From Vicugna vicugna (taxonomy: Eukaryota), in the NCBI GenBank assembly GCA_013265495.1, contig MU057744.1, positions 2,121,370 through 2,185,369 on the forward strand: DNA of 64,000 nt, given 5' to 3'. A model generated the notes under the pieces. That model saw only the letters and a program-made list of their open reading frames with translations, did no database searches and had not been told where the DNA came from. Shown here piece by piece: positions 11,749-23,118 of this stretch. Made by a program: the position numbers and the translations under genes. Numbering within the stretch: position 1 is the stretch's first letter; the number at the start of each line of letters is the position of its first letter.

Positions 11749-14700
11749 GTGAAGTGATCCTGAAAGACTCTGTTAGTTGGTTTCTATTTCTCAATCAGAT
11801 GCTACGTTTCATAAACTCTAAGGCAAACATTTTTACATTTTAAAACAGGAATCCTCTGTGAAATTATTTTTTTTACAGACAGTAGTATCTGAGATTTGAA
11901 GGCATGTGATGTCTCATTTTATAAATGCTACTCGTGGTCTATTTATCTCTGGGTTTGCAATGTTAATCTTAAACTCTTAATTTTATGTCTTCGAATGTAG
12001 AATTATTTTAGTTGTTTCAGTCCCTAACCTGACTGCATACTTGAAATGTGTTAATTTTTTAAGCAATCTGCTTAACACTTACCTCAACTTTATTGGTCTG
12101 TATGTGTTTTGCAGCCATGAAGGAAGTGAACTTGATGCTCTTGAGTCCCAATCACATTCCTCCTGCCTCAATCCCCAAATATAGAAAGTCCTTAGTTAAA
12201 TGTCCAGTGATGGTTAAAGAGAGACCTGCAGACCTGAACAAAATCTAGGGACTGGTGTCGCCTAGACGTGCTTTGTTGTGTGGGTTGTATGCAGGAAATT
12301 GAGGTGATCCTGTACATACACAGACTGGCCCACTGATCAGTGTAAAACAGACATAGATACATGAGTGTATCTAGGGTCTCCGACTAGTGGGTGCATATCT
12401 GGATAATGCTCTTAGCAAAACAGTTAACATTCTAAATTCATTCTTAAAGCTGGGGGGAAACGGGCTGCATGGAAAAGTTTCATTTTTTTTCACCAAAAGT
12501 GTGCTTTCTCCTTCCAAAGTGCTCTCAGCTCATTTCACCCCCACCCATCGCACTCAGAGGCATGTTAGTGTGCCTCCCGTCCCAGATGACCTCCAGGAAC
12601 AGGACAGCTCAGACGCTTCAGATCTGGCTTGTGCTGGACAGAGCCCTCCAAGGTTACAAAAGTGACCGAAGCGGGCATTTACTGACACAGCACAGACACC
12701 GTTCCTTTTTAAAAAAAGTCTCATTCATTTCGTTAGTTGATACCCTGGACACCAAAGGATGGTGCCTCATGATTTCAGAACACAAAGCGTACAGGGATGA
12801 AGTCACTCTTCAGTCTGAAAGGAAGTCCGTTTATTCAAGCCTGACTTAGACTGCCTGTTTTTGTGTTGTGCCCTTCTTTCCCCATTCAAACTGAAATTGA
12901 GTTGCTTTTAAAAACTGAATATATGCTCCTAAGTGTGTCTGTCTGTCCCTCTCGGGGCCATTACAGCAGCCAAACAGGAGAGCCTAGAAGGGCACTAGGA
13001 TGTAGTCACGACTTCCTCGCTTGCTGAACAGTCTAGGACGTGACGAATGCAAACGCTGCTGGGCTTGCTCGTGGGGGGAGTGGGAAAGGCTTTAAAGTAA
13101 AGCAGACTCATATTTATCAGAGCATTGAAGCATTTATTGCTTAAATTTGGAGGATTCAACACTTTTGACTTTTTGAGCAATCTGTGTCCAACATCCATTT
13201 TAGTGAAATGGGGCAAAGAAAACCTGTGTTGTTTGTTTTATTTACTTGTGTTGATCTGGTGTGACCCAGTTATGTAGGCGCCCCTTTATGATAACACTCT
13301 CTTTTTATTAGTAAAACAGTCCTTAAGATAATGACAGCACGCGCATGCTTGTGTAATGGAAGCTCCTTCCACGCATCCCGGAAGTTCAGCTTAGCGACGT
13401 CCAGTGAGTGACAGTGGCTGAGTCTAGTCCACAAGGGTGAATTACTCAGCTCCTCGCCCAATTCCTGGGGGTCGTGCGGTTGGACTTTGAAATTCTTGCC
13501 CGTTCTACTGGGTGCTCTGCTCTTGCAGTCAGGAAGATGTGCTTGGGGAGGGAACTCACAATGTTTGAGTGAGCCTGTGGATTGGAGAAGTGCCAGGAAC
13601 TCAGACTGCTAATCAGATCAGAGCATATTAACGTCTTAAAATCAAGGGTGAGAGAATAAACTAAGCTATAGGTCTTAGAATTTCTGACTCTTAACATCAG
13701 TGACTAAATCTACTTTCTCTGTAGATTCTCTGCCCTTAATCGTAGTTTATCCTTCTCAATGTAGTCTGTAATTGTATTTTAAAAAATTACAGTGTTAAAA
13801 TATCACATTCTTTTAGTTCTGGGTTGTAAACAGGTATTGCGACTGGGTGCTGTTTGTAGGATGCCCAGATCTCAGTGGAATCCCAAAGGATTTAGATACA
13901 AAACAAGTTTAAATTTCAACATATTAATCTAGCAAAAAGATATAAATTCTCCTTTTTTAATTCCTTTTTATAATGTATTAATGTGGACATCTGGTGTACC
14001 ACCCAGGACAATCAGATGTTTGTCAAAGGGTTACAAATAATTACTAGGGTAAAAATAATTAACAAAGGAGAGTAAGGTAGAGAAAAGAGAGACCACATCA
14101 TAATTGAGTTTAAGAACTATGCCTTTATACGGAGGATCCTAACCAAACACTAACATTTAAGTTGGAAAATACGGCTTCTCAGTCTTTTTATTTCTATGCA
14201 GTAATAAAAGACGCTCCAATGATGAGATTACATGCACAATGAGCATGAATAACTTGTATTAAAATCAAGGTCTGATATCTACCCTCAATTAGCACGAGTA
14301 ATTCCCTCAGGAAGTAACGTGCAATCTTTGCCCTCGGATAATCAGGTCAATTCTGTGAATGAATATCTCAGGACAAAGTCTGAACCCTTAGTTAAACTTT
14401 AATTTGAAAGCTATGATGTGAGAAAAATGGAAAAGGAATTAAGAAAGGTGTTCAAAAATAGAACGGTTCAGCTTTTGCTAAAAGAATTTTCATCGTAGGG
14501 CTATTGAATTAATTACATTTACAGGATTATATGCTCACATATCAACTTGAAATGCTAAGCTGTAAACTCAAGAAGATAGAATAATTACCTCCACTGAATC
14601 CTCCCTAAAGCACTATTCCCAGAATATCACAGCATTGTCAGTCTCTTGAAAAGACTTTGTTGCAGGGTAGTGACTAGGAAGTAGAAATGGAGTGAGGCCA

Positions 14701-16828
14701 GGTGCAAGGTGAAAATTTAAATATGGAATCCACCTCAATTCCTCATGTTGATGCGAAACCTTCTAGAAAATTTATTTGTCCTTGAAAACAAGTTTCTCCG
14801 GATTGCTGGGATTGAAAAAGTCTACATCTCTTTCAAATATGCCTTAGTTTAAAATCGTCTTCGAGTACCTGAGTGTTCTGGTATAAATGATTCAAGGTAA
14901 AATAATCATTTATTGTGTCTATAAATATTAGTTATTCTAAATTAAGAATGATATTATCTTACCAGAATGTTGCTGACGTGTGAAAGGCTAAAGAGTGACA
15001 CTAATCAGAAATGTGCTGTGTCAAAACCAGAAGATCCACATGGAAATTTAGGTTTCTCATTGCTTTGTCTGCACGGCAACTCTGAACAGCAAGTAAGAAA
15101 CCACAAGACAACGCCTGGTGCTGAAATTCTCTTCTTGCCATTACTTATCCTTAATGGACGTTTTTTTTATTAGCTAAGTGTTTATTATGTTCACCCTGTA
15201 TGTGTGCCATTTTGATCAACAGACATCATCTCTAACACTTGCTTCCTCTAATTTTCTCTTTCTGTAGAAATAATCAGATCTTTTCATGGAATAAGATTTT
15301 TTCTTTTCTTTCATCTTTTTTGCTAAAACATTCTTGAAATGGAATTTTCAGAAAATTTTTTTTCTGAATGTTTCGAAGTATAGTATTTTAAAACAAATAT
15401 AAACAGAACGAGACAGGTAATATAACGGTATTATTTCTACAGAACGATATATCTTTTATTAGAGAAAAGTGATCAGGTATTTGTAAAAGCTCACATAAGG
15501 AGAAAGCCATTCAATAGGGCTGAAGTAGGAAGCAACACAGAATAATCGATGTTTCCTTCATCAGAGGGCTTACCCAATGGTAGCAGGGATAAATCCCGTC
15601 ATTAAATGATCCATGTACCTGTGGTGAGCACAAGGCTGCTGCCTGAGTGGTACTGAGGTGGCGCTTTCTTACCTCCAGCCCATCAATCCAATCTCCTGGG
15701 GATGAGAAGCAGCCTGGGGCGGTCATCAGTCATGATCTAATGCAGGCATCCGTCACCGTGTCCTGGAAGAACTTTTGTCTAGTTCCTGTTTATGATCTAA
15801 ATGTTTTTCACACAAGTGATTTCCCCCACCTCTCTTTTTGTGGGCAGAAAACAAATAACATTAGTAAACTGTTACTGTTGTCTATTGTTCTTAAATAATT
15901 CACACTAAGATCTGTTTGTAGCTTTTATAGGAAAATAAGTACACTTATTAAAACAAAGGGAACAGAAAATGCTTGCTTGTTGTTTAAGATTCTGAACACT
16001 CACTAATTTCTCTCGTAGTGCAGGTGGACTAAGTTCCACAGCGAACACTCACAAATCTCAGAGGTTTAGCAATGAGAGATGATAACTGTGTTTCCTTGTG
16101 TTAGTCCAGTGTGGATAAATAAATTCGCTCTATGCAATTTTCAGATCATCCCCTTCTGTCCTTTGATGCCTCTGTCTCCAGAGTGTGCCTCCGGATTGCC
16201 GCAGATGAGTAAGAAGATAGAGAATTTTAATGGAGCAGACTTGGATGGGCACGCATATCTTCCGGTCAGGTGCCATGAGCCAGAGTCTAGACACGTGGCC
16301 CTCCTGCTTGCCAGCGAAGCTGAAAATGTAGGATCACTGTTTCACTGTGAACTGAAGGAAGAGAGGAAATGTGTTTGGTAAACATTTCACCCGGCGCTGC
16401 CGTCACCTGCCCCTCTGGTCGTCAGCTCTCTCTCCCATCCTTCTTCCCACACAGAGGACACAATCAGCATCCCTTTAAGAGCAACCAAGTAGACCATCAT
16501 CCAGAGATCGCGCCATCCGATACAGATGCGGCTGCTTGATGTGCCGGGTCAAGGCCAAGAAATTAGGATGTCATCGTCCCCTCCCCTGCAGCCCGCGTCC
16601 CCTCAGTAGTGGGTAGAGCAGGTATAGGATGGTGCTAATAAAAACTCTCATTCCGAAGACGTTCTGGTCCAGGGTGCTGCTGGAATCCCGCTGTCCTGGG
16701 AGGCGGGTCTTGTAAATGAGAGCATCGTTCTGATTGGGCACTGGTTTGGGTGAACCGACCTTGTTTACTTTCTATTGTTGTTGTTGTTGTTGTCTTGTTT
16801 GTTTGCTTGCTTTGCCGTGGCTCCTGTC

Positions 16829-16845
16829 TCAGCCATCTGGCGGGG
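16829..16845 (-). promoter_or_regulatory. Candidate CTCF motif
   Basis: Minus strand reads CCGCCAGATGGC, matching the CTCF core CCRSYAGRKGGC; lies in a CpG-enriched, repeat-poor segment. Confidence 0.4.
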
Positions 16846-17344
16846 GGTGAGGTTTTCATCTTGTTGATCGTCATCTGGCCGCGTGTTAAATGGGCACTGA
16901 TCGGCGAGCGTCCCCTCTTAGGGACTACACAGGGTTTGAAGATTGTTTCCCGTTTGTGGAAAGTTGGAGCCCAAGAGATGAAGATGCTTGTGGCCTGAAG
17001 TTTTTTGTTTTGTTTTGTTTGCTTGTTTGGTTTTGGCTTTTTTTTGCTCCAGTTTCTGGTTGCCCGTAAGATATAATTCCCTGAGAAAACTTGGAAGCCT
17101 TCTAGTATATTTGCTTCCAGGCAGTTATATGCTTAGTAAGCACAGGTGAATTTCTTTCCTAGACCCGGTTCCCTGACTGGCTTCCCTCCCACCTCCTTCC
17201 CACCCTCAAAACATCCTGGCAGGCAGTCGTAGGACCAGTTCACATCAGCAGGTCGTGCACCAGCTGAAAAGAGCTGGAAAAGAGTGAAGCCGTTGTCAAC
17301 AAAGTCGATGAAAGCACTTTGCACGTGGGGGAGGTCTGGGATGT

Positions 17345-17490
17345 ACCAAAATCTAGTAAAACAGGATGCTTTCTTTCAAGGGCTTCTCAGAACTTTGAAT
17401 GTGCTTATATATATTCCAAACCTCTAAGTGAAAGATACAGGAAATACTGGTTTTCAAACACATTTGCCCACAACACCCTTTTGCAGACGG
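17345..17490. mobile_element. hAT-Charlie DNA transposon fragment
   Basis: 'agggcttctcagaactttgaatgtgc...ttttcaaacacatttgcccacaacaccctttt' resembles a Charlie4-type MITE consensus. Confidence 0.5.
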
Positions 17491-18137
17491 TGTAGACTGT
17501 GATCTAGAAAAGGTATTTCAGAAATATCACCATAATAAATCCCTACACGTATAATAATTTAGTTTCAAAGCTCTAAAATTCTCTGAAAACAGTAATTGAA
17601 TCAAATGTGGATTACATTGCCACAATTAAATAATAAAGGTTAATATAAAATAATTTATTAATAAGGAGAGCATCCTTCATTAAAGCAAGAGTCATACTGT
17701 GGAAGATTTTCTCTTATCGACTGCGTTTTAATGGAATTTATGAACTTTTCATGCCAAGCCACTATTACTAAAACTAACTAAGTACCAGTTTTCTTCACAA
17801 AGCTGTACACTGTTTTATTTGTGCCAGTCTGTAAACCTCTTCTGTCCCAAATAACATACCCTTTAGCAGTAAAAACCTAACAGCCTAACTGACATTTTAA
17901 TAGTACACTTGACAAACTTGGATGTTGGGAACAATCCTGTTTTCAGCCGTGATCCATTGAAAGCAGTTCTATTTGACATAATCCTGAAGGAGGACTGCTG
18001 TCACTCATACAAAAGTGAATTGCATGGATGCAAGTTACTGTTACAAGGATGCGAATCACCGTAAAATTGTGTTTTTTTAAATACAGCTTTTCTCTTCAGA
18101 TTAACTTAACTTTGTTGCCCTATAAAGAATCAGCTCA

Positions 18138-19930
18138 AGGCTCCGTGGCCAAGATGGTGAGGGAGGAAGACCCTGAGCTCACCTCCGCCCATGGCGCACC
18201 AGAATGACGACAATTTACAGAGCAGCTATCCGTGAGAACAGCTGGAAGCCTAGCAGGAAAGAATTTCCACAACTCAAGGTGTAGAGAAGGGACCACAGTG
18301 AGACAGGCAGGAGGGGCAGAGACGTGTAGAGTCAGGACTCAAGCCCCGGGCAGGTGACCCACCGATGGGAGGATGACCACAATCTCAGAGGTTCTCCCCA
18401 AGGGTGAGGGGTCTGAACCCCACATCAGGCTCCTGCCCTGGAAGAGAAGCTGCCAGGATGCCTGGCTTCGAAGGCCAGTGAGGCTTGTGTGCAGGAGAGT
18501 CAGAGGACTGGGGGAAACAGCGACTGTGGTGCTGAAGGGCTCATGCAAAACTTCACCTGCTCTGAGACCCAGCACAGAGGCAGCGGTTTGGAAGGAGCCT
18601 GGGTCAGACCCACCTGCTTACAGTGGAGAGCCTCCCGGAGAGGCAGGAGACAACCAGGACCACCACCTTCCCTGGGACAGAGATGCTCACAGCAGCCATT
18701 TTGGGGAGCTCATCCTACCATGAGGCTGTGAGCACCATTTGGATCCTCTGTAGCCTATTAGCACCAGAGTCTTACCTTCCCCACCAGCCCATGTGCCCTG
18801 GTTCTGCGACCTTCCAGGCAGAGCAACCAGCTGCTTAGGAATCAGCCCTGCCCACCAGTGAGCCAGCAGCCTCTGCATGAGGCAGGTCCCATCAGTGATA
18901 CAGACAGGGGCCAGTTCCACCTACCAGTATAGGTGCTACCACAACAGAATGGCTCATGCAGTCCACACAGGGGGTACCCCTGGAGCTTCGAGCTCCGAGG
19001 ACAGAGGAGAGCATGCAGCTGGGCCCCCTAGGGCGTCTCCTACATAAGGCTACTTCTCCAAGCCAGGAAGTGCCACTGACTTACCTAAAACACAGAAAGA
19101 AACACAGAGAATTAAGCAAAATGAGGGGACAGAGGAATATTTTCCAAATGAAGGAATAAGATAAAACCCCAGAGAAATAACTCAGCTAAGTGGAGATCAG
19201 CACTCTGTCTAATAAAGAGTTAAAATAATATATCCAGATGAAACTCTAATTTGAAAAGACAACTGCACCCCAGTGTTCATAGCAGCACTGTTTACAACAG
19301 CCAAGACACGGGAACAGCCTGCATGTCCATCAGCAGATGAGTGGATAAAGAAGTTGTGGCATATATATACAATGGACTACTACTCAGCCATAAAAAAGAA
19401 GGAAATAATGCCACTTGCAGCAACATGGATGGACCTAGAGATTATCATACTAAGTGAAGTAAGTCAGAAAGAGAAAGAAAAACACCACATAATGTCACTT
19501 ATATGTGAAATATTTTTTTAAAAAGGACACAAATAAATTTATTTACAAAACAGAGATAGATTCCCAGACATATAAAACAAACTTATGGTTACCAGGAGAG
19601 AAAGAGGATGGGGAGGGATAAATTAGGAGTTTGGGATTTGCAGATACAAACTACTATATGTAAAATAGCTAAACAAAAAGTCCTACTGTACAGTACAGGG
19701 AAGTATATTCAATGCCTTGTAATAGCCTATAATGAAAAAGAATATGAAAAGGAATTTTTTATATATATAACTGAATCACTTTGCTGTACCCCAGAAACTA
19801 ACAGAACATTGTAAATCAACTATACCTCAACTGAAAAAAAAAGAATTCAAATAATGATCATAAAGCAGCTCAACAAACTTAGAAGAGTGGATGAACGGAC
19901 GGACACAACGAAAAGTTGAACAAAGGGAGA
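18138..19930 (+). mobile_element. Older LINE-1 5' UTR plus start of ORF1, 3'-truncated and interrupted by a younger L1
   Basis: Begins 'ggccaagatggt' (YY1-like L1 start), then a ~1 kb GC-rich UTR and a decayed ORF1 start 'aaaatgaggggacagaggaatattttccaaatgaagg'; resumes after 19855. Confidence 0.8.
19230..19839 (+). mobile_element. 5'-truncated LINE-1 (ORF2 end plus 3' UTR) nested in the older L1
   Basis: ORF 19273-19521 (MFIAALFTTAK...MPLAATWMDLEIIILSEV) is the ORF2p C-terminus; TSD AAAGAGTTAAAATAAT (19214-19229) / AAAGAATTCAAATAAT (19840-19855). Confidence 0.94.
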
Positions 19931-19934
19931 GTGC

Positions 19935-20935
19935 ATGTTGTTGACTTCTAATTTAGTTCTGCTGTCAATAGAAAACATATTTTATGCAATTTTAATTCTT
20001 TGAAATTAATTGAAACTTGTTTTATGGCCTAGCATATGGTCTATTCTAGAGAATGCTCCATTTGCTCTTGAAAATAATTTTTATTCTACAGTCATGGCAT
20101 TAAGTATGCTACATATGTCAGTTTTATTGTTTATCTGTGTCTTTGTCTGATTTGCTGTTGTTCTTTTTAGTTTTCAGCTCGCCTCCTTAGAGGTTGCCCC
20201 TATGTCTGTTTAGCTGGTTGCCAGCCAGTTACTAGGTAGAGGTTGTGCTCAAATGCCTCAGGCCAGTTGGACTTCTTACTTACCAACAGCTCTACATGTG
20301 GGCAAGGGAGCGTGTTCCAAAGATGGTCTGTTTTCAAGCACGCCCAACTTTTACCTTCCCTAGGGCTCTTTTCTGCCTCCTGTACCTCCTGTGTGCATGT
20401 GTATAGTCTTAGAGTGAACAGATACATGGGGACGAAAGGAGGCCCAAGCCGTCCTCAGCCCTCCTTTGGTCCCCACAACGCAGGCAGTTTTATCCAGGAT
20501 AGGCTTGCCCCAGCTGTGACCAAAACACCAGGATGATCGAGCCGTCGACCCGCTTGGCTTGCCCACTGCGAGGCTGTCACTGGCACTGATGGAAAGCAGC
20601 GGGCATCTGCATCTTCCCACACTCTCAGCTGAGCGAGCCCCTTGTGACCAGTGCTGGTCCTAGCGGCCCATCTGCTCTGGCAGAGCCTCCACGCTGGCTG
20701 AGCTGTGGGGGGATGGAGGTAAATGGGACCAGCTGGAGGCGAAAGCCACGGACTCCCACGACCCTCCCTGGAAGTTCAGCAGTTCCTCCAGCAGGAGCCC
20801 TTTCCACATTGCTGTACTTCTTTGGTCAATTTCTGTAGCCTCAAAATGGTCATTTTTGTTGGTTTTTCTCAGCTTTTTAGTTGCTCTTTGGGGAGAGGAT
20901 TTACTAACCTCCTTGCTCAGCCAGAAGTCAGAAGG
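19935..20935 (-). mobile_element. Ancient L1M fragments (ORF2 piece ~19935-20125; 5'-end piece ~20130-20935)
   Basis: 'ttgaaacttgttttatggcctagcatatggtctattctagagaatgctccatttgctcttgaaaataa' (antisense ORF2) and 'ttggtcaatttctgtagcctcaaaatggtcattttt...ccagaagt' (antisense L1M 5' end). Confidence 0.7.
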
Positions 20936-21522
20936 GTGTTCTTTAATTTGAATATTAAAACACAGAACAGGGAAAGGGTGGGACCGTCTCTCCCTCTGAC
21001 TTCTCGGGGCGGTGGCAGAGGGTAGTGTATCTCTAGCAGGAATGGTATTTGCCAGAAACTAGGGAGCACAGAGGAGAAAAATTCAAAATGCTGAATTCAA
21101 GATTACACAACCACCTGAAGTGTACCTGCATGAAGGGTACGCAGAGATCCTACTGATAGATAATTCACGGGCCTCTGTGTAAATGGCGTGGAGAAGATGG
21201 AGGAGAGGGAGGGATACTGGCAGTTGACACTGTTCCAAAGCTGTCACTTGCATGACTGGTTCTCATCCACTGCGGCAAGAAAACATCCCAGTGTCTGGCT
21301 CTTGCAGGTTTTATATTCCAGGCACAGAAGCCTGTGACCTTGGCCTCCCTGTTACACTTTCCATCTGACTTTTTCTGCATATTGCAAATGGGGCTATGAC
21401 AGCGTTAACAGAGGTGATGCCTCGCTGAGTAAATTTAATGATGCCAAGGAGTTTCTAAGACCTCAGAAAAATAGGTCTCAGGGTATGTACTTCAGAGAAT
21501 GTGTTATTCAAAGTGGCATTTT

Positions 21523-21695
21523 TATTTATTTTTTATTTTTAATCTGTTTAAAATTTTTTATTTTTAAAAAAATTATTTTGAGGGGGGTAATTAGGTTTAT
21601 TTATTTATTTATTTTAATGGTGGTACTGGAGATTGAATTCAGGACCTCACGCATGCTAAGCAGGCACTCTACCATTTACCTAGTTCCTCCCCTCA
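21523..21695 (-). mobile_element. tRNA-derived SINE (camelid Vic-1-like)
   Basis: Antisense head 'gtactggagattgaattcaggacctcacgcatgctaagcaggcactctacca', 'ggggtaattaggtttattt' body, T-rich tail; TSD AAAGTGGCATTTT (21510-21522 / 21696-21708). Confidence 0.92.
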
Positions 21696-22244
21696 AAAGT
21701 GGCATTTTAAGATGCATCTCTGCTTCTAAGAATGTGTGTTTCCTTCAATATCTTAAGTCAATGTCTTGAACGCTTACCATGACTTTTGTCCAAAAAGTGA
21801 AATATCATTTAGTAGAGTTAAAATGTAATGTCACTTCTACAGTTAGTGTAAAAATAAACATTGTGTTTGTTTATCACGTCTAGGTATGTTTAGAAACAGA
21901 AACTTAGGGAGAGGGACCAAAATAAGTGGGTGACGGGTCTGAGGCCCTGGGAAAGGGAGCCTTCCTTTATCCAAGGGGAAAAGAGGCTCTAAGTTGTGCC
22001 CACTGCATCCCCTCCAGCCCTCACACAGAGGAACCAGGTCTTTCTATGATATTTCATGGGTTCCAAAGTGTATCTTAGACCTGCAACAAACCTTAATCAA
22101 GTCTCTCTCTCTAAGGCTCTGCTCTTCCCAGATCGAAAGTATCACTGTTTACAGGTGGCGTTCTCTTGACGGTGTGGCTCTGGGTGAAGAACAAATGAGA
22201 TGGACAAGTTCCCTTCTAAGAAAAAGGGCACTTAGTAAATTGTC

Positions 22245-22662
22245 TGTATGTATACACGCGTGCGCATACACACACATGTTTTACTATAAGGAACTGGCTC
22301 ATGTAATTACAGAGGCTGAGACATTCAACGTCTGGGTTGGCAAGCTGAAGACTCAGGAGAGTCAATGGCATTCGTTCTAGTCCGAGTCTGAACCCATAGT
22401 CAGGAAAAGATGGATGTTTCAGTTCAAAGACAGTCAGTCAGAGAGAAAGAACTTTTTCTGACTCAGTCTTTTATTCTATTTACATCTTCAGTGGCGTGGG
22501 TGAGAACTATTCACCTTGTGGAGGACAATCTGCGTTATTTACTAAGGATTGGAATGTTAATCTCATCCAGAAACATCCTCCCAGACACACCCAGAAACAT
22601 TTAACCGAATACCTGGGCACCCTGTGATCCAACTAGATGAACACATAAAATTCACCACCACA
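22245..22662 (-). mobile_element. MLT2 (ERVL) LTR
   Basis: 'tactataaggaactggctcatgtaattacagaggctgag...aatgttaatctcatccagaaacatcctcccagacacacccagaaa...acacataaaattcaccaccaca'. Confidence 0.88.
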
Positions 22663-22764
22663 CTATTTCCTGAGTGCTAAGGGGTCCCCCCCACCCCCTG
22701 CCCAGAATAATCACAGCCTCCTCTCACGGATTCCAGGCCATGGGCGCCTACCGGCCACAGGGAT

Positions 22765-23118
22765 TCTATTATCTATTGCTGTATAATAAATTACCAAAAA
22801 TTTGGAGGCTTAAAACAACACGCATTTATCATCTCACAGTTTCTGTGGGTAAGGAGACCAGGCCTGGCTTCACCATGTCCTCTGCTCCTGGGACTCTGAC
22901 AAGGCTGCACTCAGTGTGTCAATACCTGGGGTCTCCTCCCAAGAGCCAGTGAAGGAGCTGCTTCTCAGCTCACCTGGCTCTTGACAGGACTAGTTCTTTT
23001 CAGACTGTTGCCCTGAGGGTCTCAGTTCCTAATTGCTTTTTGGCCACAGGCTACCAACAATGTCCTGGCTACACAGCCTCTCTGACATGACCACTTGCTT
23101 CATTAAACCATGCAAACA
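22765..23118 (-). mobile_element. MLT1 (ERVL-MaLR) LTR fragment
   Basis: 'ctattgctgtataataaattaccaaaaatttggaggcttaaaacaacacgcatttatcatctcacagtttctgtggg'. Confidence 0.88.

Noticed and set aside
16407..16421. Second CTCF motif (CGACCAGAGGGGCAG on the minus strand)
   Set aside because: An extra G and a mismatch break the core spacing; weak match.
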